Under the pieces are notes generated by a model. It had not been told where the DNA came from, ran no database searches, and was given only the letters and a program-made list of their open reading frames with translations. Shown in pieces: positions 1-13,808 of a stretch of DNA of 59,519 nucleotides; positions within the stretch are counted from its first letter, which is position 1; every line of letters begins with the position of its first letter. Made by a program: the position numbers and the translations under genes. Origin of the DNA: Utricularia gibba. Taxonomy: Eukaryota; Plantae; Magnoliophyta. The DNA lies in contig NEEC01000050.1 of NCBI GenBank assembly GCA_002189035.1, positions 1 through 59,519 of the forward strand. Direction: 5' to 3'.

Positions 1-415
1 GATGCCTCCGCCGTCAATTGCGGCGAATCTGAAATCCTATTTGGATCCGGATCCACCTTATCCAATTTTAATCTGAAGAAAACCGTAGAATCAGCGAAGA
101 CAATTTCGATTTGGCACTCCTCTTCGCTCTCCTTTTCTCCTCCCCAGCCCTAATCTCCATCGCGGTCATTACCGCGGAACCTCCTCTCACCTGCGGAGTA
201 CTAAAAAACCTCAGGCGATACGGCACTCTCTCCAAATCGTAAGGCGAAACGGAGATCGGGAAGTACGGACACTCAGTTTCCTTCCTACCGCCGCTGTATT
301 CCTCCGCCTGCCTCTCCACCTGCGCCACCATTACCGAAAAAAGGCGCTCACGCAGACACGAAGCGCAGACGCCGATTTCACTGCTCAAATCCGCCGTGTG
401 CTTCTTGCACCTCAT
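1..415 (-). CDS. DUF740/OCTOPUS-like family protein, 5' part; probably continues past the window start after a frameshift near 85-100
   Basis: ORF 68-415 starts MRCKKH..GVCASCLRERL and contains RFFSTPQV, motifs typical of this plant family. Adding one base near 90 continues into an open frame (FFRLKLDKVDPDPNRISDSPQ) that runs to base 1. Confidence 0.7.
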
Positions 416-1482
416 CGAAATCAGAAAAAAAAAAAAAAAACGGCGATGCTTTCTCTCCCAAGCTGATCGAAGTCTCCTTCTCCGGAATCCCGATTACGCG
501 TGCGTGTGACTACAACCGGAGAATCGCAACGAGATTTTCATTTTTGTCGTTTTCCTTCCTCTTCTTCCCCCTTTTCCGAGCCTCAGCTTTCAGAATTCGC
601 AAGCAGACAGAGCAGAAGATATCGCTTCGGCAGCCGAATGGAGAACTTGTATTTATTAAACTGATTATATTAGTTTCCTCATCGCTTATTATAATTTATT
701 TAATAAAAAAACACATGCATTTATTTTGCACAATATTACATTACCTGGTTATAATTTACCTGGTATTTATTTATTTATTTATTGCATTATCTGTTGTACT
801 GAAAGTAGCAACAGATTGAAAAAGCGATGACCGAGAAAAGGAACTGAAAAAGAGACTTCAATTTCTACCATGAATTTTCACAAATGAAATTAATAAATTG
901 CTTCAATTTAAAGTAAGATTTATGCAATATATAAAAAAGAATTAATCAATTGGATAATTAACACAATAAGACAAATCAACCGCCTTAATTTTAGATAAAG
1001 TAAGGTGTTTACTAGTGACAAAAGTCAACATTTTCGCTTGTTTTTTTAATTACGGAATTGTAATATTAAAATAATGAAAATAATTAATATACAGGTCGTA
1101 ACATACGGTCTGGCCAGGTCCTTCCTACGTCCATGTCATGGACTCATATTGTTGACTTGTGTATTAGATATCAACAAATGTAGACTCTATTTGAAAAAAA
1201 AAATGTGTATTTTATTATAAAAATAACTTATTTTTCATAACTAATTTTTGAAAATTGATTAAACTGGAGACTTTTTGATATTCGAGTTTTTTTAAAAAAA
1301 AATAAAAAAATTCAGGGGATAACTATTAATTACATAGTGTTGAATGGAAGAAAATGAGATGAAAAGTCACGTTGTGAGGTTGAATGCAGATGGGGACGTT
1401 GCTTGGATTTCCACAACTTGGTCTTTCATCTCCCAACTGCCCCGCCCTCATGGGAAAATTCCATGGCTTTCTGCTGTCGGAT

Positions 1483-1839
1483 CTAGCCGGCCGTCTCCTC
1501 CCATGAAGCCGCCTTGCTGGAGGAGCTCCGGCCGCCGGAGGGGAGGCTGCGTCGCGGAGACTGAGGTCTGCCTTTGGCTGACAAGTTTTCCTGAGGCGAA
1601 CGACACGAGAAAAGGCACTGGGTGTAAATGGACGTGAGTCGTGGTCCCTCGCCTGAAGCAGGAAACCGCGACACCATTGGTGTACGTACACTACATTTGT
1701 GACAAGTAGCATCGGTAACAGAACACACTGACAACGTCGTGCCGGCCTGGGGCTGCCCCGCCGGGGGGCGACCACCGAATTAATTTACCGATCGGGAAGA
1801 GGAAGAGGTCTGCGTCGGCTGCGGAGCCGAGTCAAGCAT
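1483..1839 (-). CDS. Candidate unannotated small two-exon ORF (52 aa, Ser/Arg/Pro-rich)
   Basis: ATG at 1839 in gccATG context. 51-nt exon 1839-1789 ends at CG|GTAAAT. Pyrimidine-rich CAG acceptor at 1591, then in-phase exon 1590-1483. No recognised homology. Confidence 0.25.
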
Positions 1840-1943
1840 GGCTGCGCGGTGTCGCGTGCAAGAAAAAAATTAGATCGACAAACCGCCTTTTGCAGGAAAT
1901 TCACTCGCTCAGCGACGCGCGTGTGGCGCGTCTAGGTTGGAAG

Positions 1944-1994
1944 TGGGCCGTTAGGTATCAGCCCATACAATGGGCCTGCTGTCACATGGGCCCA
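1944..1994. promoter_or_regulatory. Cluster of site II (TGGGCY) elements
   Basis: TGGGCC at 1944, 1971 and 1987, AGCCCA at 1960 and GGCCCA at 1989. This is a TCP-type proximal promoter signature. Confidence 0.5.
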
Positions 1995-2132
1995 TTTGGT
2001 CTGAAAATTATCTTGTTTAGAGATGGAAACGACCAAATATTCCAACACGAACGAGGAAATTGGAAGAAGCTGCTAAAGAGTACAATTTGTACAGGTAAAG
2101 ATGATTTCTTGGCAGCGAAAGGTTCAAGATTT

Positions 2133-3481
2133 TCAAGTTGCAGCAAACTGCCCTGGTTTCTCTGCCAGGAAATTCTTCTTTCTTGTAACGATGGGAGAGT
2201 CTTTTGAATGCCTGATCTGCCTCCTGAATTTGGCTATGAATTCCCTGCTTTTCTATCGACCTCTGGGTCGCTGTGAATTTCCATTCTTTCCTTGGATTTC
2301 ACTCTCTGCCCATTGCTTTCTTCTGAAAACTCACGAATCGAAACCGGGGATTGCATCAAATCTGCAAGTTGCAGATTGTTTGATCCTCCTCGCTTTCCCA
2401 CAATTCTCCTCGGCAATGTCCTGTCCTCCCAACTTGTTTGACATGCGACTTCCTTGATTTGAGACTTGATGTGCTTTTTCACTATCTGTGAATTCATTAG
2501 TCTCGATGTTTCGGAGCTCACTGAGGACCATACGGATTCAGAGTCGGATTCGGATTCCGGTTTCGACTCCAAGTCTGAACAATTGCTTCTGGGCAGTGAT
2601 TTATAACCGGAAAACACAACCTTTCTCTGAAAGTTCCCGCCTTTAAAGGTTCTCAGTTCAGGGGAACTGCAAAATGAAGCAGAATCCAAGTGGTCAAACT
2701 CGTATTCCCCAATAGATCGATGCCGAAGCCGAGGGCGTGATGAGGAAGGGCTTTCGACTGCCGCCGTCTCAAACTTCAAACCCAAGTTCATTGCAACAAT
2801 GCCTTCATCATCATCCTCGTCTAGTTTAAGAGCCTCAGGCTTCGAACTCCAATTCCCTCTGGAATGGAGTTCGCTTTCATAAGCAATATTTGATTTCAAG
2901 CTCCGAATAGGCAAATTTAACGGCTCAAAATCAGATGCTTCACTAAGAAAATACTTAGCATCAGAAACAACCACTAGAGATTCATCTCTCACTGACTGCA
3001 CACGCCATTCTTTACTCCGTTTATTCCCATCAGAATCATTTGATGGTTCACAAGATCTATTAGTTCTCTTCTGAGCATCAAATTCATCTCCCCATAAAAA
3101 GTTATATTTTTCATTCCTCAAAGAAGCCACAGATCCAAATTCAAAAAAGGAAGATAAATACGAAATCCCAGAAAAATAGGAATCAGACTCATTTTTAGCA
3201 CTGACCATCTGGGTAGATTTCGTGCTGCAGACGCCGTAAGAAACCGCTACTCCGACGAACGCGAGATGAATGATCTCCCATAAATCACTCAACACACTTC
3301 CAGAATCGCTTGATTGAAATCGGAAAAGCGGAATCACAATCACAAGAACGAGAACGATGACGGCTTTGTACAGAAACTCGTTTGAAGAAGAATTACAAGG
3401 GATATTACGGGTTTTCGAGCCCGACTCTTGGGATTCAAAATGGGGGTAACTGGAGACTTCAGATGGTATGCATGGTTCCAT
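2133..3481 (-). CDS. DUF761 (cotton-fibre-expressed-like) single-exon protein with a 1-bp frameshift near the C-terminus
   Basis: N-terminal TM segment plus WEIIHLAFVGVAVSYG motif. ORF ends EVDRKAGNS*, but one extra G in the run at 2243-2245 gives the family signature EVDRKAGEFIAKFRRQIR, with stop at 2133. Confidence 0.8.
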
Positions 3482-3823
3482 TGCTGATCGCAGAAGGGGA
3501 AAAAAAACTGGGTGAAGGTGAAGCAAAGAAGACTTGTGATGAGGGGAAGAGGCTGTTTTTCAAAAAGAGCTTTTTGACCGTTTATTTTCTCCATTTACGA
3601 AATTACCCCTGAAACCATATTCCCATTCTAATTTGGATGGTATTTTTCCTGTCTGGTTGAGTTCACTGCCAAGTAGCTCAGCTGGATGTGGGTTTCAAGT
3701 TGCAGTGTCTCTTGTACATGATTACAGTAACTAATCCTCTCAAGAAGGGGATTCTGCACCTGGTACTGAATACAGCAGTTTGCTCAAACAAGAGATGAAT
3801 GGTAAGTTCAATGGCATCCGGCC

Positions 3824-6800
3824 TCAAGTAAAAGCCTCTCGTTGCTGCGTTGGAAGTTGCAGTTCAGGTTCGAAGGGGTGGAGGCGGGAGAAGTATTCAT
3901 CCACCATGTCCTGAGACACATGCTTCAAGCTCGGGGATCCCACTTCACAACCCCAAAAGCAAACCCCACAGTTAGTGGCAAGGGGAGATTAAGCAGAAGG
4001 GAGCTCTTCAAACATTGCTTTGATTTGAAGAGAGTAGTACCTTGGGGGCGAAATCTTTATGCACCAGCTTTGCTCGAACACCCTACACCAAGGCAAGAAG
4101 AACAAGGTGTAAGTTATAGAGAGAAAAGAGGCTGGAAGTTGTAGAAGAGGCTCCAAAACATTGAGATTGTGTTGTACCTCATAAAAGTCGCCAGTAATTT
4201 TACTGTAGATGCCTTGTAGTGACATACGATACTCGCGGATGAGGCACTCATCGAGTGTTTGAAACCGGCCTTCTCTTATCTGGGGCAGGAGGAAGAAATG
4301 CAAACTCAGGAAGAAGATGCATTCATGAATCCCAGATTAGCAGCAAGTGGTGCTTACAGATCTTAAGGCCACCTTCAAGCTTAATGGGGCAGCTTCATTA
4401 AGCTTCTTCAGTGTTGAGGCACACCAGATATCGTTGGTTTTAGCAGCTTCGTTTTCCTAAGTCAAAACCTCCAAAATCATCATGCTGTAAAACGAAAGAA
4501 AAATACTTTCTATCAAGTATCTACCTACCAGCGCATCGATGATCTCTTCAACTGTATTGTGGCTGAAACACTTGTCGATTATTTCAACCCTGAGAACAAA
4601 GTGCTCTATGCATACCATCAGTTCCGAAAAAAAGACTTGTGACTACTTGGATGAGGATCACAGTTCTGGACGTGGAATATACCTGTGGATTACACTACTC
4701 GGATCATGAAACACACTTTCCCCAACATTTGAACAGTTAGATTCAACAACACAGGGGTCATCAGTCATCAAGTGGTTAAGTTGTTCCTCAAGCAGAGGGA
4801 GCTTCTGCATGAGTGAAAATCACTATAAGGTATGAATCCAAAAAAATAAAAAATAAAACATGGTGTTGACGTATGCACCGTAAGGGGAGTGAAGTGCGTC
4901 GCAAGCCCACAAGACAGCATTTCCTGTCCATTGAGTTTCTCACCTGTGAGAGCAAGGTACTCCCCTACAAGAAGATAACACATGAGATTAAAATATGTAG
5001 CATTCGTATAACCCACATAATTTGAATCAGTTACAGAAAAGGGTAGCCAAGTGGAAACATCACTCAAAATGAGGCTGCCTGATAGATGCAAAGAAAAATA
5101 GTGCACTTCAAAATGTTCTTGTTGCGGCTTTCAACTACCATATTAAATAAAAGAAAAAAAGTATGGGAAACACAAGACACGAGAGATTACCAAGATACCC
5201 TGGAAGATGGGAGAGGTAGAAGGATGCTGCAGCATCTGGATGAAAGCCGATTAAGGTCTCTGGTGTTGCAAAAATCTGAAAAACATTACGGTTAAGTTTA
5301 CTGGAAAAAAGCAAGTTACGAGTGTTCCTTAGAATGCAGAGTCACCCTTGTAACACAATGAACTAAGATAAAAACAGTATCAACGATAATCAAGGCCTTG
5401 TTTTTATTTTCCTTTTTTTCATCAGCACTGCACTTTTCGTCTTTTTGATTTGATTTCAATTACCCACACTAATATTCACATTTGAGTTTTCAAGCTTACA
5501 TCCAAGCACATCCATATATCTACCTTAATCATGAATAGATGGCCGCAACCATCAATCCAGAATCATTTTACCAATAAGTAGGGGAACAAAAACGTATTTC
5601 TTGAATTCTAAACTTTAAACTCAGTTTTTAAATCAATCCCAAGCATGACTCGTGGCAGTGATGAGGAGTAGAGCTACTAATCATATGGTGTTATCATACC
5701 GTTTTGTCTGTTGCAACACGAAACATACCAGGAATTGAAATTCCAGCTCCACCACCCATTGTGATTCCATTCAAGAGGGCCACCTACACATGGCATAAAT
5801 TGACATTCAAGCCACAGAATCAGAGGAAACAAAATTTTGTGAGGTGGGTGGAGAATGGACAAGAGAAGCGAACAATCACACAAGATGATCGATCACCCAC
5901 TTGCCTTCTGATAAAATACATGCTTACGTGTGGTTTCAAGTAAGTCCCAAGAAAATATATAAAACCATATATTGTCCAAAAGAACTTTTTGCACTCATCC
6001 AGATTGCCTGCACAGATTGACCAAAATGCCATGTAACATTATCTTCATCAAGAAAACGAAGAGAGAAATATTGTATGACATGATGATGCTACATCTAAGA
6101 TATAAGACAGAAAACAAGAGAAATCTATTACCTTGCTTCATCAGATTATACAGAGACACTATATCACCTCCAGCTGAAAATGCCCTACCAGATCCCTTAA
6201 AGGAATTCGTACCATATTTCAGCTATCATATCTTGCAAGTACATGCATAAGAATAAACAAATTTAAAAGGAAAATTTCGAAAACTCACCTTTACCACCAC
6301 AAACCCAACATCCGTGCAATCCTCCCAACTTTGGTACAACTTCTGAAGCTGTGCAACCTACAGACACATGGATTGTGAGAAAAGAACTGCTCCACATATC
6401 ACAAAAGCAGCTTAAAACTCCCCAGTACGAAACAAAACATTCGCACATGAGCTTGAACTGGTATTAGACTGTATCTTTGTCGTCATTACGAGCCACCTAA
6501 ACACAACCCGCCTTCAAAACGGAAGCTTCATCTAATAAAGACATTCAAAGCTTTCTACAAGGAAAAATAACCGACGACAGCCAAGTTACATGTCCATATC
6601 ACGAACCAATGAGGTGTTGATCGCATTCAGCGAAGAGGGCCTATTGAGTATTGCAGTTCTTGAACATGCGCGGCCCTCCACAAGCACCTGATTATCAAAC
6701 CCAAGTCAAAATGATTCATCACCATTGCTCCAAGAAGTAAAATAACACACCAATTTAAAAACTTGCCAATCTATCAGAATCTTCCATCAACGGATTGCAG

Positions 6801-6895
6801 GAAATGGTGGTGAACCCATTAAACCCATCACCTAGCTGCTTCCCTGAAGAAGAAGCCCGACGGCAAAGTAGAATCCCAGGCTTCAAGCTACGCAT
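3824..6895 (-). CDS. 3-hydroxyisobutyryl-CoA hydrolase-like protein (crotonase family, probably mitochondrial), multi-exon
   Basis: Exons read by eye: VLVEGRACSRTAILNRPSSLNA, GSGRAFSAGGDIV, LNGITMGGGAGISIPG, FATPETLIGFHPDAAAS, EYLALTGEKLNG, IREGRFQTLDECLIREY, ending QREAFT*. Confidence 0.92.
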
Positions 6896-8548
6896 GCCTC
6901 GCATTTTCCGCAACTCAAAAATCCTTCCTTTAGTGACTACTCCAAGTGGCAGTACAATACCCACTCTTCTTCTGGTTTCGCAGCAAAATTGGTTGTTTCC
7001 TCTGAAGTGATTTGCTCCTTTTCTGGTAATCCAAGAAGCCCATTCTCAAAAGGCTCAAGAGGTAGCTGAGTTCACAGACATTTTCTAGGAAGCCCAGTTG
7101 TTACCAGCCCATGGGCCTCCGTCACATGTTACATTGAGGCCCATTTTCTTGATCGTGCACTCAATCTTTAGGACACGTGAGTCCGAGGATACTGATACTC
7201 GATACGACAATTTTGTATGTTTTATCACAAATTATGCGGTGCCATGTGAGTTATGACCTTCTTCTTGTTCTATATATAGCCTTTAGTTAAAAACTATAGT
7301 CTACTGTTGCGGTATAATGCCCCATCATGTGGTAGTGCCGTACAATCAAATTAATTTTATCATAAGGTAACTTACAACATACCATGTAATTCAACTCGAA
7401 TGTCCATCATTCATACTTGTATTGAAAAAATATGTTTTCCCACCTCACATATAATGACTGTTCATGTGAATTTTAACATAATATAAAAAAATATACTATA
7501 ACTAATATAAATTATCACAATTTGAAAGATATCGTATTATAAATGAATTTATTTATGTTTTAACAACAATTCAAAAGTTGTTTCAAACAAATTCAGATTC
7601 TATTGTTCATGATGTCTATTAAGAATCAATCAATCAATCAATCAATTTCAGATCAAGCAATATACTTGAGAACTCTTCGAATTCTTGAAGCTAAAGTTCA
7701 ACATCTAATCGAAAGTCACAAAACACAGGCGAAATCGAAATGTTCTTCTCCAACTCTTACCTCTTCTAGGAAAAGCATTAACAAATTCAGTAGTAGTGAG
7801 TGTGATAGGTGGCGCATTATCCACCAAGGAACATTTCAATGGTCCAAAAGCCAAGCTACCCGCTTAGGAAACCATTGAGGTGGTGTCATACTCTCCTAAT
7901 TGGCTTATACTAACAAATTAATGATCATTTTGACCTTGAGCCAAGCTACTTGCCTACCATCATTATTAATCATTATCTCTTATTCCAAAGTTGCTAATCA
8001 CCACTTAATGCACCCTAATCACACCCATCTTCTGACTTTCTCCATCCCCAGACCAGCAACTACCGCCCCTTGGATTTGGCTAAGTGTGTCACCAACAAAC
8101 AATTGCATTATCAGTCGACATGAATGAATGATTTGGACATGAAACATCAACGGGATCGAATTCTGGAATCAAAAAGGGATCGAGGGCAGACATGTTTAGT
8201 CCATCAGATGACAAGTCCGCAGCTTTCTTTCTGTACGAAAAACCCTTGTCCTAAGACTCACGCTTTAGTTTTATGGATGATAAAGTTGAGGATATCTTTC
8301 TTTTGGTCACAAACGGAAACAACCCAACTCAAAATTCGACAAAGTTTGTACAATGAGTTGATGTCCTAACGGGGAATGGACCAAACCCTAAGTCATCTTA
8401 GAGACAGGAAAGGATTGCACAAGAAGAACTCACACGTAGGTACGTACATATGACCATACAGATAAACCTTATGTTACCTAATTGTAGATATATATTCTGA
8501 ATAAAAAGTTTTTATTTGGAAAGTCCTGGTCGAACCCCACAGCCTGGA

Positions 8549-9046
8549 TCAGCACATTACATCCTTGAGAAGCTTGTACCTTGGGCGGGGAGAGGGTGTT
8601 TTTCCGGCGGCCTTGTCGATCCCAGAGCTCCCGCCGCTGACGTCGCGGTGGTGCTGCTTGATTTTGTCGCCGGAGTACTCCGATCTGACTTCGTGGGTTG
8701 CATGGGCGGAGGGCTTCTTGGAGGAGGGAGAGAAACCCTTGTTTGATGAACTCTTTTCCTCGCATTGGCACCAATCGCAGACTTGGATCGGCTCTGAGGA
8801 TTCACTGTAGTAGTTACTGCAGTACCTGCCAAACGTTTACCAACACCTTTTTTACAAATTCACCCTCCTAAATACGTACAGGAAAGGGTTAAAAGCCGGA
8901 AGTCTCAAGAATGGGTATGAGAAAATGTAAACGGGAACCATAACGTACGAGTGTTGGTAGCGGCGGCGGCACTTGGAGCAACGGAAGAGCTTTTCCGGGA
9001 ACCCGACGTCGCCGCACATGGCGCAGACGGTGGGGAAATCCATCAT
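8549..9046 (-). CDS. Small PHD-like zinc-binding protein, two exons (9046-8949, 8825-8549)
   Basis: VCAMCGDVGFPEKLFRCSKC..QHS|YCSNYY..VCDWC and C-terminal SPRPRYKLLKDVMC*, with canonical GT-AG intron. Confidence 0.88.
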
Positions 9047-12000
9047 TTTCCGATGGCCAGGAGAAGGCGAGGGAGGCAGGCGGTGTAACCCCCAACCAAG
9101 AGAGACAGACAGCAACAACAAGATAAGAAAAGCAGACGAGATAGCAGTGTGGCTTCAAGGTCGGTGTAGTGAAGGCATAGTTATAATTAAATTTTATTTT
9201 ATTTTACACATTTTCCGATAATTCCTAATTTTTTAAAGAAAAAAATAAAGAATTATTTAGGGAGGCGGATAGAGATGGAGAGTACACGCAGACCACAGGC
9301 TGCTCCCAGTCGTTTTCAGTTGCGGAGAAATTTGTGATGGCGTAGGCATCATATTCTGAAGAGACGAATTTGCCCCTACCCCATCGCTTTCCTTTCTTTT
9401 ATTTTGATGCAAACAACCCCACCTCCCCTTTCATCGGCGCGTACCCTTCACCTCCCCCAATGGATTAGTGTGTGATTTAAAAATAATTACTTAATCATGT
9501 TTTAGATTTTGAATCAAGATTAGACTAAATTTAAACTATTTTAAAATCAAAAAACAAATCACAATTCAATCATTTTTCGATCAGGATTCATTAACTTCCT
9601 TATGACAGTATCCCACATTATGAATGAAGTCGTTGATGCATTTAAATAAATAAATTATCTTAATTTTGTATAAGATATTTTCTTTTAAAGAAGAGAATAT
9701 AAAATTATGAGAATTGGATATTCGAAACAGAAAACATTATATAAGAAGAAGATGGTTAATTACATTTGATATTAGAATCAAATCCAAACTTATATCAATA
9801 ATAGTATGAATATTTAAAAGGAATAGAATATAATGTTATGAGACTTATAACGATATCTTATATTAGTTATGAATGGAAGAAGAGATGGAGGTTTAAGTCC
9901 ATTACAAATATGGCCAATCAACACAGAGGTCTAATTTGATGATCAAAATGAAATAAAAAAGTAATAGGACCAAAGTGAAACATCTAAGAAATGTGCGGTG
10001 GGTGCACGCGCTGGAAACGAGGGTGGGTCCGAGCGGGGTCTGTACAAGTGAAAAGGGTTAAAAGGAGTCGCGGTCAAAGGGAAGTGCGGTGCTCATGCGT
10101 TGTTGTTGGGTCGCATCATTTTTTTTTATGGGAATAAAAAAAAATGTCGTCGTACGATTTCTGGAAAATAATATGGGCATTTAATTATTGGGAGTGGGGA
10201 CCACACGCGAACTCCATGTGTGCTAGTGTTCCTAATGACACGTTGTACTTAACAGTTAATTACCTCGTGATCCGCGTGGGGTTTAGCGATTAATGACAGG
10301 GGGGGATTAACCCCCCAGATGATGATTCTAGACAATCTGGGGGTGGCGTTCGGACACATCAACGTCACCTTGCCATTTGATTTTCTTTATTTTCCGTACC
10401 ATTTTCCGTGTTATTTCCAAGAAAATTTCCAATTAAATATAAAACACTAGTGTTGATTTTAAAAATATTGCAATTTATTTATAAAATATTACTGTAAAAG
10501 TCGGCAGGCGATGCGCCCGCGTCACCATGCTCCATGGCCCCATTATAAATAACCCTATTTTCACAATTTTTAAAATCCCCCTAAAAAATGTCATTATTTA
10601 TTGTTATTTAACAACCAATTGATGGATTTTATCATCACCGAGTGGACAGTATTCAATGTATGAATTAGAAATCTCACCATATGATTGTGCGAGAAAAATA
10701 GTTATTTTCACTAATTTTCTTTTAATTTAATGTGTTAGAGAGAATACACGGATGATACTTTTTAAATGAAAATTCGGACATGGCTTCAAATTTCGGAAAA
10801 TGTCAAAAATGAAAAGGTTGTGTGTGTTCAAAGGCAGAGGGAGGCGGAGGAAAGTTGGGATGGGTATGGTTGTTCCTTTGGATCCTTGTCCAATGGTATG
10901 ACACCTAGGCACCGGCACGGGCAGCATATGGATGATTATCAGGGAGAAAGAGGAGCATCACGAGCGATGGCGGACAGAAAGCTGACGACAAGGTATTGCT
11001 TGTGTGCCCTACCCAAACCTACCCCATCCAACAACTTGCTGACGAACAAAGCTAGCAGCATGCGGTGTTGTTACCAAATGGAGCACTCTGGCTCATAAGT
11101 GTAACACATAACTCACTTTTCATGTTACTATGGTTTGTGGATGAATACATATTCATGTGATAAGATACTAAGTACATACGTGTTAGTTTTCATTGCTTCG
11201 CTCTGAGTGCCATTGCAGATGGAGCAGAGCAGAGGGGTGCAGTGCAGTGCAGGCTTCTTACAAGTTTTGCAACAAGTTGGAGGAGTTTTGTACGATGATG
11301 TGTGTTTGGGGGTGTCAAGAATCATTACTTATTAAAAGGAAAACAAGGGAGGGTCCATGAGTGCATGTGACGAAGCAGGAGTCTCTGGGTGGGCGTGGGG
11401 CTCACTGGTTTAGGGGTCAAGATCCTTCTTGATGGCCATGGAATTTGCCCTGGAGTGGCATCCAACTTGTTTTTTCTTATGTGTGTGTGATGTAACAAGC
11501 TAATGCACATCTGAAGCGACGCCGTTTTCTGAAGAACGGCGTCCATCTCCTGAAAATGCAGCACATTCAACATGAAGCAACACTGATGGGGGCTCATGCA
11601 TGCTAAATGGGCTAATGGTGTTCTCTCATAATGGGCTTTCAGGAATGGTTATTTGGGCTTGCCAATTTAAACTTTTAATTTCATTATTTTCAATAAAATA
11701 AATTAATTATGCTAAGGTTACAACAAATCAATGCAATAATGCGCCGAAAGGCGGCACCGAAATCAGTGGCCCCACTTTTAAATATAGAATAATTTTTAGT
11801 AATTCCGCGTTAAAGAATAAAATTCAAATTAAATTACTACTTAAATAAATATAATTGTAATGAGTAGGAAATTTATGTCCGATCCAATTACTTGTCCTTC
11901 TGTCGATTATCTTCAGTCATGTCCACACGCTTCATGTATTTAAAATAATAATTATTATTATTAAAATGCTGAATTCTATCTATCGGCCCGTTCCTCCGCC

Positions 12001-12637
12001 CGACCCATCTGTCGGTGCCCGGGTCATCAATGCACCGACGCTAATAACACCCAAATTCAATTTAAATTAAATAGCAATAGCGCCTTAGCGGTGAAGGCAA
12101 CATCAGCATCAGCCAGCGTAAATTATTCAGATTAGGTGGTTAATTATTTGCAAATCCGTGATCATAGCTACTTTATGCGTACGAATGAGCTTGTGATTCG
12201 GACACGTGGCGTCTAGGCGGTGGCCATTCCTTACCACACCCAATCATGCTGTCATTTCCTCATACTAAATCTCCAAATCCATGAATACGTGGATGATCAT
12301 TAGCTGTCAAACAAGCGCATAATTGAAACCCAAAACGGTCCTCCAATCAAACGGTGTTGAAATCCATTTCCAAAATTAATTTTGGGGAAAATACTTATAA
12401 AAATAATAATAAATTTTCAATTTTTAAACAAAAATCGCTTTTATTTAATAAAAAATTGTTGTTAATATTGGGATTTTCACTTCAAAAATGTTAGGAAGTG
12501 GTCATAGTCACATTGTTTAGGACCAGTGGCATTTATTCAAATGTGAACGAATGATCTTGTGAATAGTGCTCCCATCTCAACCGCATTAAAAGGCTCCCTC
12601 ATCGTCCTCCTATCTCGAAGCTGGTGGTGGCATCAGC

Positions 12638-13808
12638 ATGGATTTGGTTTCTCCGGCGGAGCTGCGGTGCGATCTGCACTCATTCTCACACGCGGAAACC
12701 GCAAACCGCAAACCCCCCTCAGTGATCTCTGTTCTCGCTTCTCTGATCGATAGAACCATCGCCCGGAACCAGCGACGCCCAGTGAAAAACCAGCTTCGGT
12801 GGGCTTTCGACGGGGACGAGGCGCCGGACATGACGGTGGCGTCGTACATGGAGAGAATATTCCGATACACCGGAGCCGGCCCGTCGGTGTTCGTGGTGGC
12901 GTATGTGTATATTGATCGCTTTTGCCAGCTCCACCCTGACTTCAGAATCGGTCCCACCAACGTACATCGATTGCTCATCACCACCGTCATGGCTGCGTCC
13001 AAATACGTCGAGGATTTGTGAGTATTTTTTTACCTTTTTGAACCTTATGTCGTAAAATAGATATTTACCGAGAGCTTTAACCTTTAACAGTCCAAAAAGT
13101 ACAGTCGAAGGGTTAAAAAAAACATTCAAAACCAGTTTTAATCAGGTAAAAAATTATTTTATAATCGATATTTAAAATATCTATTCAAGACTTGAAAATA
13201 TCTATAAATCACATTTACTAAATATTAAAATTTAATATCTTTAAATTTTAAGATGTGGAATGGTGGGATTCATATTTTTATTTCTTATTTGTTATTTTCA
13301 ACATCTATTTTTTATTTATATTGAATCATGAAAGCACAATTATTTCTTATACTATTCACCATTAAATATTAATCATCAATATATATCTTATCCTATTAAA
13401 ATATTATTACTATAATTAAATTCTGCAACAGAACACATCTTATAATATTAATGAAAATGGACCCGAAGGTGTTGCAACTTATTTTAAGGATTTTTAATAT
13501 TTTTTTAATGTTTGTTGAGCAGGAACTACAGAAACTCTTACTTCGCGCGAGTCGGGGGATTCAGTCTTCAAGAACTGAACAAGCTGGAGACCGAACTGCT
13601 CTTCCTGATGAAGTTCAAAATGCACGTCAACCTGAGCGTGTACGTGAGCTACTGCAGCCATTTGGAGAGGGAAGTGAGCACCGGCGGCGGTTACCAAATC
13701 GAGAGGACTCTCCGATGCGCTCAGGAAATAAAAGCCGGCAACGGGTCTCGACACCGGAGACGAAGATGCGCCATGCCGGTCACCCGGAACCAATTCTCCG
13801 TTGAATAA
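12638..13808 (+). CDS. P/U-type cyclin (CYCP3/CYCU2-like), exons 12638-13017 and 13523-13808
   Basis: Cyclin-box motifs PSVFVVAYVYIDRF, NVHRLLITTVMAASKYVEDL|NYRNSYFARVGG, ELNKLETELLFLMKFKMHV. Confidence 0.93.

Noticed and set aside
7603-8400. Short ORFs and an (AATC)5 microsatellite between the HIBCH-like and Zn-binding genes
   Set aside because: No recognisable protein motifs or consistent exon structure, and the repeat is trivial.
10296-10344. Short G/C inverted repeats (GGGGGG-ATTAA-CCCCCC; CCCCCAGAT..ATCTGGGGG)
   Set aside because: Too short, with no TSD or element body, so a MITE or RNA hairpin cannot be supported.
10727-11600. Several 65-110 aa ORFs upstream of the cyclin
   Set aside because: No homology recognised. 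Possibly decayed gene or TE sequence, but unsupported without a search.
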